From positions 6,768-70,767 of the forward strand of contig JAJTEO010000002.1 of the NCBI GenBank assembly GCA_021300395.1: 64,000 nucleotides of DNA, written 5' to 3'. Source of the DNA: Fluviicola sp. (GTDB taxonomy: Bacteria > Bacteroidota > Bacteroidia > Flavobacteriales_D > Crocinitomicaceae). The position numbers and the translations under genes are program-made. The notes below the pieces were generated by a model. That model saw only the letters and a program-made list of their open reading frames with translations. It made no database searches and had not been told where the DNA came from. Of the stretch, positions 28,077-38,594 are shown one piece after another; the stretch's first letter is position 1; the number at the start of each line of letters is the position of its first letter.

Positions 28077-29039
28077 ATGAATTTTACCTTATTAATAGAA
28101 AATTTAACAAATCCTGCATTATTATTTTTCTTACTGGGAGTTATTGCAGTAAGATTAAAAAGCGATTTAGAAATTCCTCCGAATTCAAGTAAATTTATTT
28201 CGCTTTACTTACTTTTTTCGATTGGATTTAAAGGTGGGCAAGAATTAGCTCATTCAGAATTTTCTTCTGAAATCATTTGGGCCATCATTTTTGGAATAAT
28301 AGTTTCAGTATTAATTCCTTTTTACACTTTCTTTATTCTGAAACGAAGATTGTCAACAGAAAATTCTGGAGCAATTGCTGCAGCTTATGGTTCTATTAGT
28401 GCAGTAACTTTTGTAACAGCTGTTTCTTTTTTAGAAACATTCAATATTCAATTTAGCGGTTATTTAGTCGCTGTTATGGCTTTGATGGAAGCCCCTGCGA
28501 TAATTATAGGTTTTTTACTTATCAAATCATATTCAAAAACAAAACAAACAACCTCAAGTTTTAAAGAAATCATTAAACATGCTTTAACAAATGGAAGTGT
28601 CTTATTAATTGTTGGTAGTTTAATTATCGGTTTACTAGCAAGTGATAAGCAGGCTCTAGGTATCAAACCTTTTACAACAGATTTATTTAAAGGATTCTTA
28701 GCCATTTTCTTATTAGACATGGGAATTATTAGCGGTCGTAAACTGAATGATTTCTTCAAAAGTGGTTGGTTTACCTTAGCATTTGCGATTGTTATTCCAT
28801 TGGTTAATGGAACAATCGTAGCGATCTTAAGTCAAATTGTAACACATGATATTGGAAATCGATTTATGTTAGCAACATTGGCTGCAAGCGCCTCCTATAT
28901 TGCTGTTCCTGCCGCCATGAAAATAGCTGTTCCAAAAGCCAATCCAGGTTTGTATTTACCAATGGCATTAGCTGTTACTTTTCCCATAAATATTACAATA
29001 GGCTTGCCATTGTATTTTTCAGTAGTAAAAATGTTTTAA
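28077..29039 (+). CDS. sodium-dependent bicarbonate transporter (SbtA)-family permease
   Basis: About 10 TM. NPALLFFLLGV N-terminus, FKGGQEL and ASASYIAVPAA motifs characteristic of the Sbt_1/DUF897 family. ATG at 28077 preferred over the TTG at 28068. Confidence 0.7.
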   Translation: MNFTLLIENLTNPALLFFLLGVIAVRLKSDLEIPPNSSKFISLYLLFSIGFKGGQELAHSEFSSEIIWAIIFGIIVSVLIPFYTFFILKRRLSTENSGAIAAAYGSISAVTFVTAVSFLETFNIQFSGYLVAVMALMEAPAIIIGFLLIKSYSKTKQTTSSFKEIIKHALTNGSVLLIVGSLIIGLLASDKQALGIKPFTTDLFKGFLAIFLLDMGIISGRKLNDFFKSGWFTLAFAIVIPLVNGTIVAILSQIVTHDIGNRFMLATLAASASYIAVPAAMKIAVPKANPGLYLPMALAVTFPINITIGLPLYFSVVKMF

Positions 29040-29057
29040 ATATTAAATCTAGAAATC

Positions 29058-29312
29058 ATGAAAACAAAAAATTCAAAAATTAAAGCCCTTCTGTTATTGC
29101 TTAGTTTAATCTCAGGTATCCTTTTCATTTTAAGCATTGTACTTCAAACTTCATTAATTGAAATGGAACATTATCTAATTGATTTTGCTACCAAACACTA
29201 TTTTATATTGGGTATAGCAAGTTTCTTCATATTCACAATCAGCTTTGCATTATTTAGAGCATTTGATATTCAAATAACAAAAAGGGAAATGAGAAAAAAT
29301 AATCGTAACTAA
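29058..29312 (+). CDS. small two-TM membrane protein (hypothetical)
   Basis: 84 aa with two hydrophobic helices and a basic tail. Confidence 0.45.
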   Translation: MKTKNSKIKALLLLLSLISGILFILSIVLQTSLIEMEHYLIDFATKHYFILGIASFFIFTISFALFRAFDIQITKREMRKNNRN

Positions 29313-29322
29313 TTCAAAGAAT

Positions 29323-29634
29323 ATGGTAAATATAATAATCTATTTAAAAGAAAAATACGATGCAAAAGAATTAGTAAGAACGCTATTAAAAGAAAAATTA
29401 ATTGCTTCTGCATCTATTGATTTGAATAACGTATCTCACACGTTGGAAAAAAATGAAATTATAGAAAATGTCTTCAATATTATTACTGCACAATCAAAAT
29501 CTTTGCTATTCAATGAAATAGTAAATTTTATTGAAAAAAGATTTGAAGAAAAAATACCTATTAATTCGATTCCAATTATTGGTTCAAATAGTGTTTTCAA
29601 TGAAATCATCTTTAATAAAACACTAAAAGTTTAA
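29323..29634 (+). CDS. CutA1-like / PII-fold small protein
   Basis: 103 aa. AKELVRTLLKEKLIASASI ... IPINSIPIIGSNSVFNEII aligns by eye with CutA (A..L...L.EKLAAC....P.....LPV..G...YL.W). Confidence 0.5.
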   Translation: MVNIIIYLKEKYDAKELVRTLLKEKLIASASIDLNNVSHTLEKNEIIENVFNIITAQSKSLLFNEIVNFIEKRFEEKIPINSIPIIGSNSVFNEIIFNKTLKV

Positions 29635-29652
29635 TTATTAATATTTTAAGTT

Positions 29653-29817
29653 ATGAAAATATATATTTTAATAGGAATGATTATATTAATGTTAGGATTA
29701 ATAACTTCCACATTTTTTATCAATGATTTGATATTGAATAAATTAATGGTTTCACTGTCATTTATAGTTGGCCTACTAATATTTAAATTACTTGGCGCAA
29801 CAAAATATACATCGTAA
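29653..29817 (+). CDS. possible 54-aa two-TM peptide (below ORF-track cutoff)
   Basis: ATG at 29653 to TAA at 29815, translating MKIYILIGMIILMLGLITSTFFINDLILNKLMVSLSFIVGLLIFKLLGATKYTS. The stop abuts the next ATG. Confidence 0.3.
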   Translation: MKIYILIGMIILMLGLITSTFFINDLILNKLMVSLSFIVGLLIFKLLGATKYTS

Positions 29818-30654
29818 ATGTTTACGAATAGAGTTTTAGCTATAGCAACAATGCATCAAAAGGAAGATGCTATTCAACCTATTTTAGAATTGAATATAGG
29901 TTGTAAATGCATTCTTCCTTCAAATTTTAATTCTGATGAATTAGGAACATTTTCTGGAGAAATTGAGCGTTTTAATGATCCAATTGAAACGGCCAGAAAA
30001 AAATGTAACTTAGCTATGGAATTAACTAATACTGACATAGCAATAGCAAGTGAAGGTTCATTTGGACCTCATCCCTCTTATTTTTTTTCGTATGCAGATG
30101 ATGAATTTTTAGTTTTAATCGATAAAAAAAATGAGTTAGAAATCGTTGTTAGAGAACTTAGTTTGGAGACTAATTTTAATGCAGATTATGTTACTGATGA
30201 AAAAGAATTGATGGCATTTGCCTTAAAGGTAAAATTTCCTTCACATGGTTTAATTCTTAGAAAATCTGCTGATGAACCAATTGATATATATAAAGGAATT
30301 ACTGATTGGCATGATTTGATTTTGAAATTCAATTTATTAAAAGAAAAATATTCAAAAGTCTATGTGGAAACTGATATGCGTGCGATGTACAATCCAACAC
30401 GTATGGAAGTTATTCGCAAACTAACGTTGAAATTAGTTGACAAAATAAACTCAATATGTCCAAATTGTTCTACTCCTGGGTTTGGAATAACGGAGGTAAA
30501 AGAAGGTTTACCCTGCTCATATTGCAAATTTCCAACTCGTTCTATAAAAAGTCATATTTATTCTTGTGAAAAATGTGACTTCACAGAAGAGAAACAATTT
30601 CCGAATGGGAAAAAATTTGAAGACCCAATGTATTGTGATATATGTAATCCTTAA
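29818..30654 (+). CDS. conserved hypothetical protein with C-terminal double zinc ribbon
   Basis: 278 aa with four CxxC pairs in the last 70 aa (CPNC, CSYC, CEKC, CDIC). N-terminal domain (ATMHQKE, ASEGSFGPHP, ETDMRAMYNPTRM) unassigned. Confidence 0.6.
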   Translation: MFTNRVLAIATMHQKEDAIQPILELNIGCKCILPSNFNSDELGTFSGEIERFNDPIETARKKCNLAMELTNTDIAIASEGSFGPHPSYFFSYADDEFLVLIDKKNELEIVVRELSLETNFNADYVTDEKELMAFALKVKFPSHGLILRKSADEPIDIYKGITDWHDLILKFNLLKEKYSKVYVETDMRAMYNPTRMEVIRKLTLKLVDKINSICPNCSTPGFGITEVKEGLPCSYCKFPTRSIKSHIYSCEKCDFTEEKQFPNGKKFEDPMYCDICNP

Positions 30655-30666
30655 AAATACTTTAAA

Positions 30667-31929
30667 ATGAAACTTTGGTACCCATATACACAAATGAAAA
30701 ATTTAAATCCTTATCCAGAAGTGATAAAAGGAAAAGGAGCATTATTACATTTAAATGATGGTCGAATCTTGGTGGATGGTGTTTCTTCTTGGTGGTCTTC
30801 TATTCATGGATACAATAATGAAGAGTTGAATAAAACTTTAGTTGAACAAACTCAAAAAATTTCTCATGTTATGCTTGGTGGTTTAACGCATAAACCAGCA
30901 AAAGAATTAGCTGAAAAATTAGTAGAAATAACCCCGAAAGGTTTAAATCATGTTTTCTTTTCTGATAGTGGTTCTGTTGGTGTTGAAGTAGCATTAAAGA
31001 TGTCGATACAATATTGGTCAAACAAAAATAAATCTAAAAAAAATAAATTTATATCCCTTACAAATAGCTATCATGGAGATACATTCAAAGCAATGGAAGT
31101 AAGTGATGATTCTGATTTTATACAAGCTTTTTCAGGAATTTTAAATAAAGGTTATTTTATAAACGCTCCAATAGATGGGTTCTTACAAAAAGATATTGAA
31201 AATGATTGTAAAGTTTTAGAACAAATACTCATCTATAATCACAAAAATATTGCGGCATTTATTCTTGAACCAATTGTTCAATGTGCAGGTGGTTTTAAAA
31301 TCTACTCTCCTAACTTTCTTAAAGAAGTTCGTAAATTATGTAATCAATATGATGTTTTATTGATTTTTGATGAAGTTGCAACAGGATTTGGGAGAACTGG
31401 AAAATTATTTGCATCTGAACATTCAAATGTAACTCCTGATATTTTAATTTTAGGAAAAGCGTTAACAGCTGGTTATTTAGGTCATGCTGCAACACTTGCT
31501 ACAACAAAAGTTTTTAATTGTTTTTTAGGTAAAAATTATGAAAATGCTTTCATGCATGGGCCAACATTTATGGGGAATCCATTAGCGTGTTCAATTGCGT
31601 TAAAAAGTATAGAAATATTTGAAAGAGAGGAATATTTGAAAAAAATTCAACAAATAGAAGCAATAATTACAGATGAATTTTCTAAAATATCCTCTCCTTT
31701 TATTATTGAAAAAAGAATAATCGGCGCTATTGGTGCAATCGAATTATACGATAAAAAATACATCGATGGTTTTAAAGAATTTGCATTACAAAACAATGTA
31801 TGGCTCAGACCTATTGGTAATATTATTTATCTAATGCCTCCCTACATCATTAAGAAAAAAGAACTTAAAAAAATTCTTAAAGTAATTAATAATTGGTTTA
31901 TTCTAATTCATTTAAAACATGATAACTAA
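30667..31929 (+). CDS. bioA: adenosylmethionine--8-amino-7-oxononanoate transaminase
   Basis: WWSSIHGYNN, FDEVATGFGRTGKLFA and PLP-lysine LGKALTAGY motifs. Confidence 0.88.
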   Translation: MKLWYPYTQMKNLNPYPEVIKGKGALLHLNDGRILVDGVSSWWSSIHGYNNEELNKTLVEQTQKISHVMLGGLTHKPAKELAEKLVEITPKGLNHVFFSDSGSVGVEVALKMSIQYWSNKNKSKKNKFISLTNSYHGDTFKAMEVSDDSDFIQAFSGILNKGYFINAPIDGFLQKDIENDCKVLEQILIYNHKNIAAFILEPIVQCAGGFKIYSPNFLKEVRKLCNQYDVLLIFDEVATGFGRTGKLFASEHSNVTPDILILGKALTAGYLGHAATLATTKVFNCFLGKNYENAFMHGPTFMGNPLACSIALKSIEIFEREEYLKKIQQIEAIITDEFSKISSPFIIEKRIIGAIGAIELYDKKYIDGFKEFALQNNVWLRPIGNIIYLMPPYIIKKKELKKILKVINNWFILIHLKHDN

Positions 31930-32875
31930 AAATATTAACAAGGCTATTACTGAATTAATTCAAGATAATGTCGTTGCTATTCCAACTGAAACAGTCTATG
32001 GTTTAGCTGGAAATGCCTTTAGCGAATTAGCAGTAAATAAAATTTTTTCACTCAAAAAAAGACCTTTACACAATCCGTTAATAGTGCATATTTCGTCAAT
32101 TAACGAATTGGAGACTATTGCGATAAATATTCCAGATAAAGCGAAGAAATTGGCTAAGAAATTTTGGCCAGGATCATTAACATTGATTTTAGATAAACAC
32201 CCCGATGTTCCTTATATAGTGACAGCTGGAAATGAAAAAGTTGCCGTTAGAGTTCCGAATCATCCATTAACGCTTGAATTATTAAATCAATTAAGATTCC
32301 CATTGGCTGCTCCAAGTGCAAATCCTTTTGGGTCAATTAGTCCAACTTCTGCTCAACATGTCCTTGATTATTTTAGTGATCAATTAGAAGTGATATTAGA
32401 TGGAGGCCCTTGTGAAAATGGGATAGAATCTACAATTGTTGGTTTTGAAAATAATGAGCCTATTGTTTATCGTTTGGGGGCTTTAACGATCGAAGAAATA
32501 GAAAATGAAGTGGGTCCAGTTAAATTCCATGTAAAAAATAATCAAACACCGATAGCTCCTGGAATGTTATCAAGACACTATGCACCAAAAACAGAAACAT
32601 TTTTAACGAATAATATCAAATCATTCATAAAGACGTTTCCGAATAAAAAAATTGGTGTTTTAGTCTTTTCTAAATCAATCGATGATTCTCAAATAATTCA
32701 CACAGAAATTTTATCCAATCAAGGAAAATTAGAAGAAGCAGCTAAAAATTTATACGCAGCATTACATCGTTTGGATGAAAAAAATCTTGATATCATCATT
32801 GCTGAAATTATGCCTGACTTGGGTTTAGGGAAAGCTATGAATGATCGATTACAGCGAGCAATTAAAAAAAATTAA
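31919..32875 (+). CDS. tsaC: L-threonylcarbamoyladenylate synthase (Sua5/YwlC type)
   Basis: IPTETVYGLAGNA, KKRPLHNPLIVH, SANPFG plus a Sua5 C-terminal domain. Overlaps bioA by 11 nt. Confidence 0.88.
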   Translation: MITKNINKAITELIQDNVVAIPTETVYGLAGNAFSELAVNKIFSLKKRPLHNPLIVHISSINELETIAINIPDKAKKLAKKFWPGSLTLILDKHPDVPYIVTAGNEKVAVRVPNHPLTLELLNQLRFPLAAPSANPFGSISPTSAQHVLDYFSDQLEVILDGGPCENGIESTIVGFENNEPIVYRLGALTIEEIENEVGPVKFHVKNNQTPIAPGMLSRHYAPKTETFLTNNIKSFIKTFPNKKIGVLVFSKSIDDSQIIHTEILSNQGKLEEAAKNLYAALHRLDEKNLDIIIAEIMPDLGLGKAMNDRLQRAIKKN

Positions 32876-34228
32876 ATGAAAACATTAATAAAACAAGCAT
32901 TTGTTGTGAATGAAAGCAACATTTCAATCAAAGATCTATTAATTTCAAATCAAAGAATTGAAAAAATAGCGGATTCAATTACACTAAATAAAGACGAAAG
33001 ACATATTGAGATAGATGCAACTGGACTTTATTTATTTCCTGGAATGATTGATGATCAAGTCCATTTTAGAGATCCTGGTTTAACACATAAAGCAACTATC
33101 TACTCTGAATCAAGAGCAGCAGTTGCTGGGGGAATAACTTCTTTCATGGATATGCCAAATACAATTCCAAACACATTGACGTTAGAATTATTGGAAGAAA
33201 AATACAAATTAGCGAGCACTACTTCCTTAGCAAATTATTCATTTTTCATGGGGATCAATAAAAACAACCTGGAAGAAGCTTTAAAAGTTGATAATGAACA
33301 AGTATGCGGAATTACAGATGACGGTTTGTATTTTGATGCTGAAGATGGAATATTAGCCAATTATCCTGAATTTTTAGAAAAGTTATTTGCTGAATCAAAT
33401 ACACTAATTGCTTTGCATAGTGAAGATGATTCAATCATAAAAAAGAATACGAATCATTACAAATCATTATATCAAGATGAAATACCTTTTAGATTTCATG
33501 CAGAAATACGAAGCAATGAAGCATGTGTAACGGCTACAAAAAGAGTAATTGAAATAGCCAATAAACATTCGAATCGTTTACATTTTTTCCACATTTCTAC
33601 CTTAGATGAAGCAAATTTATTTGATAATAAATTACCTCTTCGTGAAAAACGAATAACTGCAGAAGCTTGTGTTCATCATTTATGGTTCAATGAAAAAGAT
33701 TATGATCGATTGGGAGCAAATATTAAATGGAATCCATCTATTAAATCTAAAGAAGACCAAGAAGGATTAATTAAAGCCTTAATCGATAATCGTATAGATA
33801 TCATAGCAACAGATCATGCTCCACATACAATCGCTGAAAAAAGCGTTAATTATTTCCATGCTCACTCTGGTGGGCCATTAGTTCAACACGCCTTGCCTGC
33901 ATTATTTGAATTGTATCATTTAGGTAAAATTTCATTAGAAAAAATTGCTGAAAAAACAGCCCATCACGTTGCTGAAATTTACCGTATTAAAGATCGAGGT
34001 TACATTAGAGAGGGTTATTTTGCAGATTTAGTCCTTGTGAATTTAAACCAACCGTGGGAGATAACTAAATCTTCTCTTTTATATAAATGCAATTGGTCAC
34101 CTTTCGAAAACGAACGATTTAGAAGTAAAATAAATAAAACTTTTGTGAATGGTGAATTAGTTTACGATGAAGGAGTTTTAAAAAATGCTTCAAATGGCAT
34201 GAGATTGACTTTTGAGAAAGAAAGATAA
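32876..34228 (+). CDS. pyrC: dihydroorotase (amidohydrolase superfamily)
   Basis: DDQVHFRDPG metal motif and ATDHAPH. 450-aa long-form DHOase/allantoinase-like architecture. Confidence 0.75.
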   Translation: MKTLIKQAFVVNESNISIKDLLISNQRIEKIADSITLNKDERHIEIDATGLYLFPGMIDDQVHFRDPGLTHKATIYSESRAAVAGGITSFMDMPNTIPNTLTLELLEEKYKLASTTSLANYSFFMGINKNNLEEALKVDNEQVCGITDDGLYFDAEDGILANYPEFLEKLFAESNTLIALHSEDDSIIKKNTNHYKSLYQDEIPFRFHAEIRSNEACVTATKRVIEIANKHSNRLHFFHISTLDEANLFDNKLPLREKRITAEACVHHLWFNEKDYDRLGANIKWNPSIKSKEDQEGLIKALIDNRIDIIATDHAPHTIAEKSVNYFHAHSGGPLVQHALPALFELYHLGKISLEKIAEKTAHHVAEIYRIKDRGYIREGYFADLVLVNLNQPWEITKSSLLYKCNWSPFENERFRSKINKTFVNGELVYDEGVLKNASNGMRLTFEKER

Positions 34229-34253
34229 ACTATTTTATTATTATTTTTAGAAA

Positions 34254-34748
34254 ATGGAATTACAAAAAGTTCAAATTTTTGAAAGTGCTATCATAGTAAT
34301 AATATACGTGATATTGTATTTTGTTATAAAAAACATCATCAATAATTCACTGAAAAACACTCCTTTACAAAGAGATCGAAGAAAGATGATCATTAAAGTA
34401 TTGCACTTATTCATTACAATAACTGCATGTGTTTTTCTAGCAGCAATTTGGGGATTTAAACAAAAAGAAATTGCTGCATTTGCAAGTACAATTTTAACTG
34501 CATTAGGAATCGCTTTTTTTGCTCAATGGTCATTACTTTCCAATATTACTTCGAGCATTATTCTCTTTTTTAATCACCCATTAAAATTAGGAGATCATTT
34601 AAAAGTGTTGGATAAAGATTATCCTTTTGAAGGTGAAATCACTGAATTAACATACTTTTTTGTTCATTTAAAAAGTCCAGATGGTCAAATAATTACCATT
34701 CCAAATTCAATGGTATTACAAAAATCTATTTCTATCTCTGAAAAATAA
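34254..34748 (+). CDS. small mechanosensitive (MscS-like) channel family protein
   Basis: Three TM helices, then an MscS beta-domain pattern (PLKLGDHLKV...GEITELTYFFVHLKSPDGQIITIPNS). Confidence 0.6.
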   Translation: MELQKVQIFESAIIVIIYVILYFVIKNIINNSLKNTPLQRDRRKMIIKVLHLFITITACVFLAAIWGFKQKEIAAFASTILTALGIAFFAQWSLLSNITSSIILFFNHPLKLGDHLKVLDKDYPFEGEITELTYFFVHLKSPDGQIITIPNSMVLQKSISISEK

Positions 34749-34757
34749 AATTTAGTT

Positions 34758-35483
34758 GTGAAAATCATTTATACTATAATTCTTATTCTATTGATTAATC
34801 AATCTTTTCTGTTTTCTCAAAAGCAGGATGTTGGAAGTTGGAACATATTAAACGTAAAATATAAAGTAAACGAAAAGTGGAGTTTAATGGGTGAATCACA
34901 AATTCGATCGCTCAAATTATATACTCATTTTCATTACTATGAATATAAAGTTTTCGTGAATTATTATTTAAATAAAAATGTAAAGTTTGCTTTAGGTGCA
35001 GGTAGCTACCAAACCTATAAAGAAGGTGGAAATTTTATATTACCTAAAAATAATAATGAATTTCGATTATCCCCTCAACTTATTCTTTTACAATCAATTG
35101 GAAAATTAAAAATTGAACAGCGTTACCGATTTGAAAGTAGATTCAGTACCAAAGGATACCGTAATAGGTACCGTTATCGAATAGGTGTTTTCTATCCTTT
35201 TGGAAAAGAAAAAGAAGCAGGGTATAAACCTTTTCAATTAAGCGCTAGTAACGAATTATTTTTTACAGATAAAGAGCCTTATTTTGAAAGAAATAGATTG
35301 CTTTTTAACTTCAATTTTAAACCATCAAAATCCTCCACAATACAAGTTGGATATATGCATCAATTTGATTACAAAATCAATGATGAAACTGGTAAAGATT
35401 TTATAGTACTTGGTTTTTATTATGAGATTTATAGAAAATCCTCTACAAATAAAGAAGTTGAAAGTGAAATAAAGGATAATTAA
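34758..35483 (+). CDS. DUF2490-like outer-membrane beta-barrel protein
   Basis: GTG start, signal peptide, alternating beta-strand pattern with repeated Y/F-R motifs (RYRFESRF, RNRYRYRIGVFYPF). Confidence 0.55.
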   Translation: MKIIYTIILILLINQSFLFSQKQDVGSWNILNVKYKVNEKWSLMGESQIRSLKLYTHFHYYEYKVFVNYYLNKNVKFALGAGSYQTYKEGGNFILPKNNNEFRLSPQLILLQSIGKLKIEQRYRFESRFSTKGYRNRYRYRIGVFYPFGKEKEAGYKPFQLSASNELFFTDKEPYFERNRLLFNFNFKPSKSSTIQVGYMHQFDYKINDETGKDFIVLGFYYEIYRKSSTNKEVESEIKDN

Positions 35484-35573
35484 TATTACAATCTGAGTTA
35501 AATGTTATTATACCACAAAAGTGGTATTGTTTAGAATCAATCTAGATAATAGTTTTGCTAAAAATTAATTATC

Positions 35574-37772
35574 ATGAAAAAAATTCAGTTTTTTATAATT
35601 TCAATCATACTTTTAAATTCACAACATATAATTAGCCAAGAAGCTGACACTTCAAAACACACACACTTAAATGAAGTAATAATAAAAGAAACTCTGAACT
35701 CTGAAAGTATTGGTAGAATGCCAATTATGAAAAACAATGTTATTTATGCCGGTAAAAAAACAGAGGTAATACTTTTAGATAAAACAGCTGCAGATTTATC
35801 TATAAATAACGCTCGTCAAGTGTTTGCAAAAGTTCCTGGGATGAGTGTTTGGGAAAATGATGGTTCTGGAATTCAAATTGGAATTGCTTCAAGAGGTTTA
35901 AGTCCAAATAGATCATGGGAGTTTAATATCCGTCAAAATGGTTATGATATTAGTTCAGAAGTTTTTGGTTATCCTGAAACTTATTATACACCACCTTTAG
36001 AGGCCTTATCTAGAATAGAAGTAATAAGAGGTGCAGCATCTTTACAATTTGGTCCTCAATTTGGCGGTTTAGTTAATTACCAAATTAAAAAAGGAGATCC
36101 AAATAAACTATTTTCTATTGAAAGTCAACAAACAGCTGGTTCATATGGGTTGTTCAATAGTTTCAATGCAATCGGTGGAACGTATAAAAAACTTTCGTAC
36201 TACAGTTATTTTCATAAAAGAACTGCTCAGGGTTGGAGAGATAATAGTTACTATGATATTTATTCAGGTTATATTTCTGTGAATTACCAAGTATCTAAAA
36301 AAATCGGTATCTCAGCTGAATACTCTAAAATGGATTACCAAAGTCAGCAAGCTGGTGGACTGACAGATGCTCAATTAAAAGAAAATCCTAGACAATCATT
36401 AAGATCTAGAAATTGGTTCAGCGCACCTTATAATGTTGCTTCAGTTACTTTAAAATATGATGTTACAGACAATATAAATATTCAAATAAAATCTTTTTAC
36501 TCATTTGCAGAAAGAAACAGTGTAGGTTTTGTAAAATCAATTACAACAAAGGATTCCATAAACCCAACAACACTTCAATACAATGCAAGACAAGTAGATA
36601 GAGATGAATATCAAAATTTTGGTACAGAAATTCGAACTTCTTTCAAATATAAATTATTGGGTAAAGAATCTATTTTAGCTGGTGGAATTCGCATTTACAA
36701 TGGAAATACAAACCGTAATCAATTAGGAACTGGAACAACTGGTGTTGATTTTGATTTAACATTGACAAAACCTGATTATGGCCGTTCATTGGATTTTTCA
36801 ACAATCAACTATGCTGCATTTGCTGAAAATGTTTTCCAAATTGGAAATAGAGTAAAAGTTATACCTGGAATTAGATTAGAATATATTGAAAATACAAGTA
36901 AAGGTTATATTAATACAACTCAAGCAGGAGTTCTTGCTTCAAATAAAAGAGAAAGACAAATTTTACTGTATGGAGTAGGAAGTGAATTTAAAACATCGGA
37001 AAAAACTATGATTTACGGTAATTATTCATTAGCATACAGACCCGTAACTTTTTCTGAATTAACGCCTTCTGCTACAACCGAAATCATAGATCCAAATTTA
37101 AAAGATGCCAATGGATTTAATGCAGATTTAGGTTTTAGAGGAACATTAAAAGACTTCTTATCTTTTGATTTAGGTGTTTTTTACCTAAACTATAACAACC
37201 GAATTGGTGTAATTACTCAAAATGGCCTTCCTTTTAAAACAAATATTGGAACTTCAGTAAGTCAGGGAATCGAATCATACATAGAGTTGAATCTTACTAA
37301 TTTACTTTTCAAAAATGATAAATATGGTTCATTCACTGTATTTTCTTCTAACTCATTTATTGATGCAACCTATACAAGATGGGATAACCCAGTAATTGCT
37401 AACGACCCTTTAAAATCGATAGAAAACAAACGTGTTGAAAATGCTCCAAATTTTATTCATAGATTGGGTGCATCTTACTCATTAAAAGGACTTCAACTTT
37501 CTATCCAATATTCTGAAGTAAGTGATGTTTTTACAGATGCTATTAATACTGAATTACCAAATGCAACTGCTACAATTGGTAAAATTGCTGGATATAAAAT
37601 CATGGATTTAACGGCATCATATAAGTTTAAAGAACACTATAATTTCAAGTTTAGTTTAAATAATTTAACAAATGAAATCTATGCTACAAGAAGATCAACT
37701 GGTTATCCTGGTCCTGGAATTTTACCAGGAAATGGAAGAACGTTTTCTTTGAGTTTAGGAGTTAATTTTTAA
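35574..37772 (+). CDS. TonB-dependent receptor (siderophore/iron type)
   Basis: Signal peptide, plug domain (VEVIRGAASLQFGPQFGG), 22-strand barrel length, terminal aromatic residue (F). Confidence 0.88.
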   Translation: MKKIQFFIISIILLNSQHIISQEADTSKHTHLNEVIIKETLNSESIGRMPIMKNNVIYAGKKTEVILLDKTAADLSINNARQVFAKVPGMSVWENDGSGIQIGIASRGLSPNRSWEFNIRQNGYDISSEVFGYPETYYTPPLEALSRIEVIRGAASLQFGPQFGGLVNYQIKKGDPNKLFSIESQQTAGSYGLFNSFNAIGGTYKKLSYYSYFHKRTAQGWRDNSYYDIYSGYISVNYQVSKKIGISAEYSKMDYQSQQAGGLTDAQLKENPRQSLRSRNWFSAPYNVASVTLKYDVTDNINIQIKSFYSFAERNSVGFVKSITTKDSINPTTLQYNARQVDRDEYQNFGTEIRTSFKYKLLGKESILAGGIRIYNGNTNRNQLGTGTTGVDFDLTLTKPDYGRSLDFSTINYAAFAENVFQIGNRVKVIPGIRLEYIENTSKGYINTTQAGVLASNKRERQILLYGVGSEFKTSEKTMIYGNYSLAYRPVTFSELTPSATTEIIDPNLKDANGFNADLGFRGTLKDFLSFDLGVFYLNYNNRIGVITQNGLPFKTNIGTSVSQGIESYIELNLTNLLFKNDKYGSFTVFSSNSFIDATYTRWDNPVIANDPLKSIENKRVENAPNFIHRLGASYSLKGLQLSIQYSEVSDVFTDAINTELPNATATIGKIAGYKIMDLTASYKFKEHYNFKFSLNNLTNEIYATRRSTGYPGPGILPGNGRTFSLSLGVNF

Positions 37773-37816
37773 AATGAAATAATATATAAGCCATATAAAC
37801 ATATGGTCCAAAACAC

Positions 37817-37847
37817 AAAAAGCTGTCTTTTTCGGACAGCTTTTTTT
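37817..37847. terminator. bidirectional terminator
   Basis: AGCTGTC/GACAGCT stem with A-run and T-run flanks between convergent genes. Confidence 0.75.
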
Positions 37848-37864
37848 ATAATATAAAAAAATTT

Positions 37865-38332
37865 TTATTCAAATTCAATCAATACAGCTCCTTTTTCAAC
37901 TACTTGACCGCTTTCAATTAATATTGCTTTTACAATACCAACTCCTTCCGCTTTTAAAACATTTTCCATTTTCATAGCTTCTAAAGAAAGAATTTCGTCG
38001 CCAACATTCAATTCATCACCTACTTTTACAGCAATGTTTACAATACGTCCAGGCATTGGCGCTTGTAATTCTTTTAATTTTCTCACTTTTGGAACATCTA
38101 ATCCTAAAGCAGCGATCAATTCATCTAATTCACCTTTTTTCTTAACTTCAAAAACTCTATGATTGATTTTTATTTTTAATCGGTGATCTTCTGTTTTTTC
38201 TTCTAAAATTTCACCGTAAAAATCTTTACCATTGAAAGTTAAAGTAAAAAAGCGTTCGTCATCCCATTTAACAACTGAACCTCCATTGCTCACAGTATCT
38301 TTACCGTCGATATTCCAAACTTGATTTGTCAT
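37865..38332 (-). CDS. biotin carboxyl carrier (biotin/lipoyl attachment domain) protein
   Basis: C-terminal biotinyl domain with the EAMKMEN biotinylation motif. Confidence 0.8.
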   Translation of the reverse strand: MTNQVWNIDGKDTVSNGGSVVKWDDERFFTLTFNGKDFYGEILEEKTEDHRLKIKINHRVFEVKKKGELDELIAALGLDVPKVRKLKELQAPMPGRIVNIAVKVGDELNVGDEILSLEAMKMENVLKAEGVGIVKAILIESGQVVEKGAVLIEFE

Positions 38333-38594
38333 AGTTTCAAAATTTGTACAAAAATAATATAATCAGCGTTGATAAAATGTAAAATAGATTGAAATTGATA
38401 AAATGTTTGTCCTAATTGATGTTTAAATCTTTTAATTTAAGCTAAAAGTCATCTTGTTTTTTTGATTCACTTCCTTTCAGCTTTCATTTTCTTCCATAAA
38501 TCCTAAAATTTCAGCTTTTTAAATGATTATTCACAAACTAATCAAAAAAATTTATCAGCTTTGTGTTACGTCTATAAATTAGCAGTTATATAAA

